Source: Octopus bimaculoides
Lineage: Eukaryota
Assembly (NCBI RefSeq): GCF_001194135.2
Contig: NC_068998.1
Location: 32,949,737 to 32,995,021, forward strand
DNA: 45,285 nt
Reading direction: 5' to 3'
Part shown: positions 34,771-45,285 of the stretch, in pieces
Layout of the letters: each line of letters opens with the position of its first letter
How positions within the stretch are numbered: position 1 is the stretch's first letter
Translations under genes and position numbers: made by a program
The notes under the pieces: model-generated
What the model was told of the DNA's origin: nothing
Databases searched by the model: none
The model's input: the letters and a program-made list of their open reading frames with translations, nothing else

Positions 34771-36439
34771 AATTCTTTATTACAGGCACAAGGCCTAACT
34801 CAGAGGGGACATATAAAGACATTCGGGAACAAATAAAACACATGAAAGGATGAATGTAAAATGAAATAAATTACAATGAAATGAAACGGCCATCTCGCGC
34901 CCGCTCCGAGATGAAATCGTGAATTCCCTTTAAACTTTACATTTTAAATAACAACCTCCAGCCCCGCTCCGAGGCAAAACCGCGACTTCCCCTTTCGCTT
35001 TCACATTACAATTTTAAAACGTTTTAAACAAATATTCATACAGGATTTACTTATTTTCTTTTTCCTTTTTTATTAAACAAAAAGTTTAACCAAATGTTCT
35101 TCTCAGTATTTCATAGTCGTTAAAATTAACCACGACTTACCACTTCATCCTCCCCTTTCCATCCACATAATTCACCACCGAGGCGCGAGGTTCACCATCC
35201 ACCTCCGGCCTCAGTGGATTCACTCTTTCATAATGTCTTACAATTCTGAAATTCTTTCAACTTTGGTGTGTTCTATATTTCACTATAATTTTCTTTTTGT
35301 TTGTGTTTTGCATGATGGCGCATTTTGTCTCTATATTTCTGCAGTTTTTGGCTTTTGTGTGATTGTATCTGTGTGTCTGTGCGTTTGTGTATTTGTGTGT
35401 TCGTTTGACTGTAATTCTGTGTTTCGTCTGTGTGTCTATGTCTTTAGGTTTCCATAATTCTGGGTTGTCTTGTTTCTGTTCATTATTACTTGTGTGCTTT
35501 TGCTGTGTTTGCATTTGAGTATCTGCTAGTCTGAATGACACTGTACTTGTAAATCCTTCACTGGTGATCCTACTGGTAAATCTTATCCATTTCTCGTCGT
35601 GGGTTGGGTTACTTCATCCATTGCTTTGTACATCTTGAATTCCACTATCGTCAGTGACTTCCTTCTCTCTTTTTTTCTGGCTTTCACTTCCGCGAAGTTC
35701 CCGTCATGTTCTGTTTTCTGTTTCTGCTGTTTTTCTACCATTATATTCTCCTGAATACTCTCCTCTACCATTTCCACTGTTGCCCTAGGAAATTTCTTTC
35801 TCAAGTGCCCACTTTCACCACATTCGTAACACTTTGGGAGTTTCCCCTCCAACATCTCATTTCCGAATAAAAAATTGTGGCTATTATCCACTCTGGGTCT
35901 ATCAACGGTGAGGTTCTTTCCATCCTAATTCTAACAATCCTTTTGTCCAAACAGTTTGGCATCAAAGTCCATTTTTCTCCCTGCATCAGCTTTTTGGAGG
36001 TTTTTACCACCTCCTCTTCTGATACAAAGGTTACCACTGTCGACGCATATCTCTTACCTCTCATAAAAAACGTTATGCTCCTATCTGTTCCAAAATTTCT
36101 TCTATTTCTTCCTGTGGTGTTTGTTCAGTTCATCTGTTTCTATTCGAAAATGTTCTGAACATAGTCGTCTCCCTTTCCATCTTCACTTTTCCCTCCTCTG
36201 GAAGGGACATTTTTATATTTGACCCTTCTTTACCATACCATAATATTTCTTTATCAGCTCCTTATTCAACTGTAACATCTCCTGTTTCAGTACACATGGG
36301 TCAAGGGGAACTCATTCTCCAGTAGCTTCTGTATAACTTCTCATTTTTCTCAGTTATTCACCACAACCCAACCATTCGGCTAGAATTCCTCAAAAATTCC
36401 ACAAAAATTCGGCTAGAGTTCCTCAAAAAACAACAAAGA
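34771..36439 (-). mobile_element. 1.67-kb non-LTR element carrying only a decayed L1/Tx1-like ORF1 (CCHC knuckle), no RT; HAL1-like
   Basis: ORF1 pieces VVTFVSEEEV..RIVRIRMERTSPLIDPEWI and LPKCYECGESGHLRKKFP. 3' end ...gccttgtgcctgtAATAAAgaatt. 14-bp TSD with 2 mismatches: gtctgctagagatt (34757-34770) and gtctggtggagatt (36440-36453). 33-bp tandem duplication in the 5' UTR (~36373-36437). Confidence 0.72.
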
Positions 36440-36464
36440 GTCTGGTGGAGATTGTAGTAGCCAC

Positions 36465-36838
36465 ATCTCTCTAAGATGTCTATGCAGTAGTTATCCTAAC
36501 ATATAATGTTTATAGCCACTCCAACATGGCTATCCGTTCAAACATACATCTACTCTAGCTGGTTAACAATGCACAACTGCATCCAGGATATTGTGAGCAG
36601 AAGCAAGCTATTGCCATCTCAAGCAGATGAGGTGTCAAGTACTGAAGAGAGTCAGAATCAGCCTGAAACCAGGCTGGTTTGCTGATCCCATCGCTAGAAG
36701 ATGGTGGGAGTTCACTCCCCCTGCTTGCAATATCTCAAATGTAGTTGTGCATCATTAACCAGATAGAGGAGATGTCCTCTTGGGGTTAAAACATCGCAGT
36801 AAAGTCTGTTTGAATGGATAGCCATGTTGAGGTGGCTA
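36465..36838. mobile_element. Fold-back MITE-like element with two nested inverted-repeat pairs
   Basis: TIRs 36513-36543 and 36808-36838 (tagccac..caacatggctatcc.ttcaaac); inner IR ctggttaa..atgcacaact.cat..gatattg..agcag; a 48-bp lead-in is shared with 34562-34610. Confidence 0.75.
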
Positions 36839-36848
36839 CGAACAGTGA

Positions 36849-36908
<60 letters not shown>

Positions 36909-37113
36909 TACTAAACGTATCGACCATATGTACTTATCACGCTTCCAATTGATTGGCGCCTGTTGAACATATGCATGTACAGGAAACTATTAATAGTATG
37001 ATAAGTACATGTAGTTGAAACCTTTAGTAATATTGAACTCTCGTTGGATGGAGTTTTGTGTGTGAATTTTCTATTCGTTCCTTTGTTGGGCTCCTCTTTA
37101 ACTTTTTTAACTT

Positions 37114-37151
<38 letters not shown>

Positions 37152-38751
37152 TGTTGGCTAAGTAACATATCCAACTTGAGATAGATGCCCGTATGTGATG
37201 ATATTTTTCAGTTTTCTTAAGCTAGTTAAAGGAGAATCTGGTCGTGCATCCTACTTCTTTTTTTATTGTCTTTTTTAATTCTTTAACAACTAAACAATTC
37301 CAAATAATATCTCACAACTGATATATTATGTATTAAACTGAATATTTACAGCTCTTGTCATATGACTTACTACTTTGTCCTACAATTTATCTATTAATTA
37401 TGATTGTTTAATATTTTGGTTTCATACATAAATCAGAGAACTGATCATATTCACATTTTGGGAACAATTTCCTTAAGACAAAATATTTTTCAATGCAAAT
37501 TGCTGAGATGAGAAATTTATAAGGACTGATGTCCTTATCTTGATTGTTGCTTTCAATATGTTTCGGCTGTTGTACACTTCAGCCTTTTTCGGGCGTCTTG
37601 TGCTGAACTCAGTTGTTGTATCAGAATTTTAAACCTAACCCTTTATTTCATCTTCAGGAGTGCACTGTAGAATAACTTAGAATGGAGTACAATTGTTTGT
37701 ATAGCTAATGAACCTACTTACAATTAATCGTAAATAAAATACATATATGTAAGAATCAAAAATAAAAAGAGCTGGACTTTATTCTAAGTAATTCTATATC
37801 TTGATCGCCCCTGTAAGGCACAAGTTTCAGGCAAGTAATGAAATGTATTATAATTGAAATGAGCAAAACCAGGTTTAACAAGTAAGGTACCTTTTGAAAA
37901 GTCACCTGATGAGACACATCTGTATCAAACAATGCACCACAACCAACTGTACAGAATCTCACCCACAAGGGGCCATGTCCAATGAGCTGAAACGATTGTA
38001 GTGATTAATAAAGAATTTCATGAATTCCATTTTCTCTTTCTCTCATTTATTAAATCCAGTGGCACTTATAGTCATACTGTTGATGACATCAGGTAGCCAA
38101 AGACAGTGAAAGTGCTTTAAATGGCATACTACCAGGTGTATGCCCAAATTAAAAATTATATATAAATGAATATTTCATATATATATATNNNNNNNNNNNN
38201 NNNNNNNNNNNNNNNNNNNNNNNNNNNNNNNNNNNNNNNNNNNNNNNNNNNNNNNNNNNNNNNNNNNNNNNNNNNNNNNNNNNNNNNNNNNNNNNNNNNN
38301 NNNNNNNNNNNNNNNNNNNNNNNNNNNNNNNNNNNNNNNNNNNNNNNNNNNNNNNNNNNNNNNNNNNNNNNNNNNNNNNNNNNNNNNNNNNNNNNNNNNN
38401 NNNNNNNNNNNNNNNNNNNNNNNNNNNNNNNNNNNNNNNNNNNNNNNNNNNNNNNNNNNNNNNNNNNNNNNNNNNNNNNNNNNNNNNNNNNNNNNNNNNN
38501 NNNNNNNNNNNNNNNNNNNNNNNNNNNNNNNNNNNNNNNNNNNNNNNNNNNNNNNNNNNNNNNNNNNNNNNNNNNNNNNNNNNNNNNNNNNNNNNNNNNN
38601 NNNNNNNNNNNNNNNNNNNNNNNNNNNNNNNNNNNNNNNNNNNNNNNNNNNNNNNNNNNNNNNNNNNNNNNNNNNNNNNNNNNNNNNNNNNNNNNNNNNN
38701 NNNNNNNNNNNNNNNNNNNNNNNNNNNNNNNNNNNNNNNNNNNNNNNNNNN

Positions 38752-38997
38752 CCAATAAGTCTTCGCAAGCTGAGTTTAGTGTCCAATTTAACTCGATTTC
38801 GATTTCACTTGCCTCAACAGGTCTTTGCAAGTGGAGTTTAGTGTCCAATGAAGGAAGGTATGCCTAAGTGGACTCACTGAGGCCTTAGATTTAGATCTCA
38901 CTTGGCTTGCTGGGTTTTCTCACGCACAGCATTTGGCAGAGTATCTACAGCTGGATGCCCTTCCTAAATGCCAACCACTCAGAGAATGTAGTGGGTG

Positions 38998-38999
<2 letters not shown>
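38752..38999 (-). mobile_element. Long-form RTE-type 3' region (same family as 3291-3800), truncated by the gap
   Basis: The reverse complement has gcacccactacattctctgagtggttggcatttaggaagggcatccagctgtag followed by the ttggacactaaactc..cttgc.aagac repeat units. Confidence 0.75.
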
Positions 39000-39032
<33 letters not shown>

Positions 39033-39044
39033 TATATAACGTTG

Positions 39045-39545
39045 ACCACTAACGTGGACATTCAATGTGCTAGAAATAGATCACATCTTGTGTCTACTAA
39101 GACCTAAATTGTTCTCAAAACGAAATTCAGCGGAATACCAAAGCGTAAGCGGGCAAGACATTTAAAGTTACCGAAAAAAATCATTATTAAAAACAGGAAC
39201 TAGTTTCGAAATTAACACTCTTGCTGAATGTCTGTTTCTCTTCAGCCTATTCGTAATGTAACCATAATTCTCAGAACCCTATACAAAGTTGCCCACCGTC
39301 ATAGGTGCACGTGTATGTGGTTCTGTTAATTACAGCTTAATGGTAAAATTTACAAGTCTTCGTTTTGGCGCGCTAATTCCGGGAATATGTCTGCAGAAAA
39401 TATTTACTGCATCGCATATATCCAGTTTGAGAACTTGGTTATGGTTAATCACATTAAAACATAGGGTAAAAAATAATATATTAATTAATATCGATTTATT
39501 ACCAAGAAGCTAGCACATTTAAAGAATCAAAGAGATTCAGAAACA
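39045..39545. promoter_or_regulatory. CpG-rich non-repeat island; possible promoter with an E2F-like site
   Basis: Visibly many CpGs compared with the CpG-depleted surroundings; TTTTGGCGCGC at ~39363-39373 next to TTCCGGGAA. Confidence 0.35.
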
Positions 39546-39624
39546 ATATCTGCAATCTCAGGGGATTAAAGTATATTTTTATATATAACGTTGANNNNNN
39601 NNNNNNNNNNNNNNNNNNNNNNNN

Positions 39625-39669
<45 letters not shown>

Positions 39670-40564
39670 GGGACAAAATCCAAAATTACAGGTAAAAAAC
39701 TCAATTAAAATCAATTTATAAAAAATTAAAATTAAATTGAGCCTTATAGATAAAGTATATATAAAATATATAGTTTTAGGGAAAATAACCAATTTTCAAG
39801 AACTCATCGATGAAAATCCACTATCACATATAGAAAAGTTGGTATATGTGTATGAGAGTACATAATCAGAGGAAATAATTTTTATAACATTGATAATATT
39901 ATCAAAGGTGTATTATTATCAAATTACTACACTACTACAGCTGATGTAATACATTAATAGTAATAGTTGTGGATGGCAATTGGATGTGATGGTGGTGGAA
40001 CTGTGTGTCTACATCAAGAATGAAGGTACTAGCATGTTAACATAGTCAATATGATTAAATCAAAACTCTGAATATTGTTATCAAAAATTACCAAGTAAAC
40101 CATATTCATTTATCACTTATTTTGTGATATCATATTACTCTAATTAACCATTCATCTTTAAAATTTGGATTCAACTTATAGGGGACTGTCGTTCATAGTT
40201 CTGTTTCTCTCATGGAATCTGTGAATCTGTGAGCCCAAAGAACTCAACAGTGATTTTTAAATCTATTTACATTGTTTTCTATTGACTAAAAGTGGCTACA
40301 GGTGACTATTAGGATAAGAGCCATAAAGATTTGTTAAAACTTAAAATATTGCTGAAATACAGTCTACTTTTCATTTAAAAATTTCACAGCCAATATTGTT
40401 TTAGATTTCAAAAATAGAAACGAATCTGACATGAAAAAATCAGCACTTACATAGACTTTGTAAAAGAATGCATTCTGGTGAAAATAGTCAAATCGAGTTA
40501 AGTCTTGAAATTTAATCTGACAATGTTCAGGGGAAGAATACTTCAATTATTGACCACTTATGTA

Positions 40565-41150
40565 TCAAAAAAATGAAAGAGCTTTTAAAATGGACAAAGA
40601 AAATTTCTCACTAACTGATGGTTGTCTGCAGGTGGAAAAAATATGACAATATTGTACATATGTATTTATGGCAAGGAAAAGAACTGATTATTTATTTATT
40701 AGCTTGAGTTTGAATTAAGATAGAATGTTCTAAAATTACTACTAAATATTCTTCTAGAAATATTTATAAAATGAAGTAGGGTTCCATTTTCAAGTGAATT
40801 TTGGACACATTTGTGTAAAAATGAAAATCTTCAAATGAGTGATTTCTTTTTATCCTATTATTAAGGTGTGGCCGACTCCAGTTATTTTAAGAACTGGTTA
40901 CGTAAGTGAGATTGGAATCAAAGTGGAAAATTGTTTTGACAATTATATGGCATACAGAAATAATTTGTCATTAAGAACATCAAAGTAATTTTCTTGCCTT
41001 CAAATGCTAAATCATTAATTCAACCATATAACCAGAGAATTTTGAACTTTAAAGTTGGAATAATATCAAAGAGAAATTTATACAGGAATTTTATTTTAAC
41101 TTGATGACATTCAAAGTAAACCTTATGCAAATGTGATTGCAAAATGGATT
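40565..41150 (+). mobile_element. Very decayed hAT (Buster-like) transposase N-terminal remnant
   Basis: ERAFK.WTKK..VVC..KKYDNIVH (resembles ExRxFxxxWTxKY..CLIC..KEYNIxRH) and DIQSKPY. Confidence 0.3.
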
Positions 41151-41681
41151 CCATTTTTAATTTAGTGCATATATTGGCAATATTATAGAAGTAAGACACA
41201 GTGAAGATTATTTATACTTGTTTAAATAATGTGAATTTTCTGAAACCAGTCCAGAAATTGTCATTAACAAAGATAAAAAATTATTACAAAAGAAATTCTT
41301 GATATTCAGTTCTGAAAAATGTCTGAAAATTGTTTGTTGAAGAGGAAGTTGTGACAATAGTGACAGAAATGACAAGCTGTTACTAATGGAGACATTAAAT
41401 TAAAAAAGAATACAAAGTTTCTTTAATCAGTGTTCTATTGCAAGTAACTGTAAAAATACTTTGTTGTTGCAAGCAACAACAAGCAATAGAATTTCAAGAG
41501 TAAAATGAATATGAAACAATTTGTTAATTAACTACTAAATACTAATGCTGCACAGTTAAAATTGCATAATTTTAGTAAGATAAATCAAGCTTTTTATAGT
41601 GATTGTCTGTAACTTTTATAATAACATGATGATGATAGTGCTGATGATAATAATAATAATAATAATAATAATAATAGCATT

Positions 41682-41862
41682 ATCGCTGTGAAAACAACAT
41701 CCATTCATGATTTTTTTTCTTTTTTTTTTCTTAAATACATGTTTTACCTGTGAATTTGCGTGTGTAAATTGGGAATGCATACAACGAGTTTCTCTGCCCT
41801 AGGTGTACGGAAAACACTCGGCGAGAAATGGGAGAAAATTTGAAGAAAGAAGAAAAAAAACA
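41682..41862 (+). mobile_element. 3' UTR end of an R4/Dong-like LINE between (AAT)n tracts
   Basis: gtttctctgccctag.tgt...gagaaatgg shared with 43785-43812; followed by (CAT)n(AAT)n. Confidence 0.55.
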
Positions 41863-41885
41863 ACATCATCATCATCATCATCATC

Positions 41886-41961
<76 letters not shown>

Positions 41962-42919
41962 NNNNNNNNNNNNNNNNNNNNNNNNNNNNNNNNNNNNNNN
42001 NNNNNNNNNNNNNNNNNNNNNNNNNNNNNNNNNNNNNNNNNNNNNNNNNNNNNNNNNNNNNNNNNNNNNNNNNNNNNNNNNNNNNNNNNNNNNNNNNNNN
42101 NNNNNNNNNNNNNNNNNNNNNNNNNNNNNNNNNNNNNNNNNNNNNNNNNNNNNNNNNNNNNNNNNNNNNNNNNNNNNNNNNNNNNNNNNNNNNNNNNNNN
42201 NNNNNNNNNNNNNNNNNNNNNNNNNNNNNNNNNNNNNNNNNNNNNNNNNNNNNNNNNNNNNNNNNNNNNNNNNNNNNNNNNNNNNNNNNNNNNNNNNNNN
42301 NNNNNNNNNNNNNNNNNNNNNNNNNNNNNNNNNNNNNNNNNNNNNNNNNNNNNNNNNNNNNNNNNNNNNNNNNNNNNNNNNNNNNNNNNNNNNNNNNNNN
42401 NNNNNNNNNNNNNNNNNNNNNNNNNNNNNNNNNNNNNNNNNNNNNNNNNNNNNNNNNNNNNNNNNNNNNNNNNNNNNNNNNNNNNNNNNNNNNNNNNNNN
42501 NNNNNNNNNNNNNNNNNNNNNNNNNNNNNNNNNNNNNNNNNNNNNNNNNNNNNNNNNNNNNNNNNNNNNNNNNNNNNNNNNNNNNNNNNNNNNNNNNNNN
42601 NNNNNNNNNNNNNNNNNNNNNNNNNNNNNNNNNNNNNNNNNNNNNNNNNNNNNNNNNNNNNNNNNNNNNNNNNNNNNNNNNNNNNNNNNNNNNNNNNNNN
42701 NNNNNNNNNNNNNNNNNNNNNNNNNNNNNNNNNNNNNNNNNNNNNNNNNNNNNNNNNNNNNNNNNNNNNNNNNNNNNNNNNNNNNNNNNNNNNNNNNNNN
42801 NNNNNNNNNNNNNNNNNNNNNNNNNNNNNNNNNNNNNNNNNNNNNNNNNNNNNNNNNNNNNNNNNNNNAAAAAAAAAAAAAAAAAAAAAAAGAAGAAGAA
42901 GAAGAAGAAGAAGAAGAAA

Positions 42920-43310
42920 CTACATGCAGATGTAAGTGTTCTCACCAATAAAAATATATCTGTAAAGAAATTTGACAAACGTAGTAAATATAAGGGCCTG
43001 GAAATTAAAGATATAAAGATGTCAAATTTTTTAAGCAAAAATTGTTCCTGTTATTGTAGGTACCCTAGGTATGATAAAAAAAGGATATCAGAAACATTCA
43101 GACAACATCTCAGGAGTACCATATCCTAAGAAAAAAAAAAGATTGTGCTGACAAGTACTGCCAACATCCTTAGAAAAACCCTATCATATTTGTGTTGTAT
43201 TATATGGAGGTACTACTCTACTACCCTTTCCATTTCCCCTCCCCAGGCTTTCAGTGGTATTTCAACATCTCCCAGCAAGTAATTGCATCAAACATGTAGA
43301 TTAAAACTAA
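42920..43310 (+). mobile_element. 5'-truncated RLE-type LINE (R4/Dong-like), C-terminal endonuclease end
   Basis: DVSVLTNKNISVKKFDKRSKYKGLEI...(frameshift) VIVGTLGMIKKG...IVLTSTANILRK; followed by an (AAC)/(AAT) tract. Confidence 0.8.
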
Positions 43311-43352
43311 GTAACAACAACAACAATAGCAAAGATAATAATAACAATAATG

Positions 43353-43389
<37 letters not shown>

Positions 43390-43392
43390 TAA

Positions 43393-43870
43393 TAATAAAG
43401 AATTTGATAAGTTCAGAAAATATAAAGATTTGGTAATCAAAATCGAAAAGATAGGGCTTCTCAAGATGGTTACAGTACCAGTGATTGTAGGAACACTTGG
43501 AATGATCAAAAAAGGAACTGAAAATTATTTAAGAATGATCCCTGGCTTACCATCCATGCAAGAAGTGCAAATAATTGTCTTAACTGATATATCACATGTA
43601 TTGAGAAGAGCATTGTCGCTGTGAATTTTCTTTCCTTTTCCCCCCTTTTATTTTATTTGTTTACTTTTTTAATTTTTATTTTTTCCTTTTTCTCTCTGTC
43701 TTTCCCTTTTTCTCTATCACATGACTTTGTAAATGAAAAATCTGGTGTGTTTATTTTAATGGCCTACCAATGTATACAGTACGTTTCTCTGCCCTAGTTG
43801 TCAGAGAAATGGAAACAAAATGGAAACAAAATGGAAACAAAATTGAAAGAAGATGCTAATGAAAATAATA
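43393..43870 (+). mobile_element. Second 5'-truncated R4/Dong-like LINE end with 3' UTR and (AAT)n tail
   Basis: KEFDKFRKYKDLVIKIEK..VPVIVGTLGMIKKGTENYLRMIPG..VLTDISHVLRRALSL*; (GGAAACAAAAT)x3 near the tail. Confidence 0.85.
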
Positions 43871-44377
43871 ATAATAAAAATAACAATAGCAATGAAAAAA
43901 TATGCACCAGAGGGGCAATGCATAGCCTGTGTGCAGATAAACTCTTTTGTAAATTATAGTGTGACTTATAATGCATGGCTTACCCATGCTTTTTAATTGA
44001 ACTGAATTAATTAAAAAATTTTTTTTATAAGTATCACCGTTACAGATATTTATACTCTGGTGAAATTCAGAGATGAAGGAGGCAGGGGCATGAGATCAAG
44101 GCAGTTAGCCTTCAAATGTCATATACTCTCTCTCAGACAACACTTGCTAGAAAATAGCAGCCAAAATAAATGCATTAACTTAGTGCTGAAAAATGAAGAG
44201 AACAATTTCTCACATGTTGGCAGCAACCTCCTCAGGAAGCACTCTCTTCTGAATGATCTTTCATACAAATCCAAAACAGCCAGACTAACATACCTCAAAG
44301 AAGGGAAACACTCAGCATACCAATAAAAGGCTATGCATAGGTATATTTCCTGAAGACTTGAAGAAGACAGTACTATT

Positions 44378-44515
44378 GGTTTCAAATTTTGGTACAAGGC
44401 CAGCAATTTCAGGGGAGTGGGTAGTCAGTTATGTCAACTTATTTTATCAACCCCAATAGGATGTAAGGCAAAGTTGACCTCAGTGGAATTCGAACTGAGA
44501 ATGTAAAAACAGACA
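44378..44515 (-). mobile_element. Decayed SINE family B (core and tail)
   Basis: Reverse complement gttcgaattccactgaggtcaactttgccttacatcct...ggggttgataaaataagt...gctggccttgtacc. Confidence 0.7.
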
Positions 44516-45254
44516 GCAATATTGATATGAAGTGCAGCTTCTCTTGGAATTGTGTATATATTTGTGTGTGTGTGCATATCTATAGCTCTAGTGATATATA
44601 TGCTAAGTTCTTTACAACACAGTATTACAAGGCTAGTTCTGTCTTCTGATAGTCACATTATCTGAATATCCATTAATTATTTTTCAGGCTTTTGCTATTT
44701 AACCTTTCTCTCTTTTTCTCTCTCTCTCTCTCCCTACTGAATAGAAATGTCTTTGTAATCCATCCCATTGTACATTATCAATCTATTGTTCCTTGTTTTC
44801 ATTCTTTATTTTTTGCTCTGCTCCCTAACCCATTTAGCTTTTACCTTCTCCTTCTTTATGCCTTTGTTTGTAATTCTCTCACTCCTCCTTCTCATTCAAC
44901 CACAAAATAAATAACCCAACTCTTTGATGCATAACTCTATTAGATTCATATGTAAGCAGCCCTTTTTGTGAAAAAAATTGTCTGATGAATGGTGAGATTA
45001 TTATTCAAAAGTTCACTGATTGATAAGCCATTAAAGGTGAATCTTGAAATAGCAGCCAAAGCAATATTATCAATTTTTACTCTACTAAATTTATATTGTC
45101 CCACCATCAGTAAATCTTTTGTTCTTTTCTAGAAGTTGATTTACCAACAATACCAAATTATAGATTTGCACTAACACATACTCATATAAGTATGTGTATA
45201 TATGTGTGTGTGTGTGTGTATATGTATTTATATATATGTATTTATATGTATGTA

Positions 45255-45285
<31 letters not shown>

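Noticed and set aside
37895-37935. CTGATGA-gacac..gtatc-aaac, and an overlapping possible minus-strand exon (GCGALFDTDVSHQ)
   Set aside because: No GAAA or stem I partner for a ribozyme; splice signals are too weak to call an exon.
39785-39830. tcatcgatga palindrome with nearby GAAA
   Set aside because: Neither strand gives a paired stem I with a valid core.
1-45285. CRISPR arrays, rRNA genes or prokaryotic operons
   Set aside because: No repeat-spacer periodicity or such genes were seen; the sequence is eukaryotic repeat-rich DNA.

Overview
AT-rich, microsatellite-dense eukaryotic genomic DNA with many N gaps, most of which border simple repeats. The repeat families suggest a cephalopod (octopus-like) short-read assembly; this is inference. 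No intact protein-coding gene is recognisable, and most long ORFs in the track are microsatellite or gap artefacts. The window is a graveyard of mobile elements. It holds a near-full-length decayed Penelope-like retroelement (PLE; 1-2241, minus), a Neptune-type PLE endonuclease fragment with a fold-back junction, and four Tc1/mariner copies from three lineages. It also holds hAT and Chapaev-like remnants, a candidate non-autonomous Helitron, two tRNA-derived SINE families, RTE-type 3' ends with (GAT)n tails, and three R4/Dong-like LINE ends in (AAT)n tracts. Three observations stand out. (i) There are several hammerhead-ribozyme-like motifs, including non-canonical cores with apparent compensatory 3:8 pairs (G3:C8, U3:A8) and a ~150-nt fully base-paired element carrying a GUC hammerhead. 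(ii) A TSD-flanked 1.67-kb non-LTR element encodes only a zinc-knuckle ORF1 (HAL1-like) and shares its 3' tail with a local SINE. (iii) There are several perfect hairpins. Weak evidence suggests the region is intronic to an unidentified minus-strand gene with a CpG-rich promoter near 39.1-39.5 kb.
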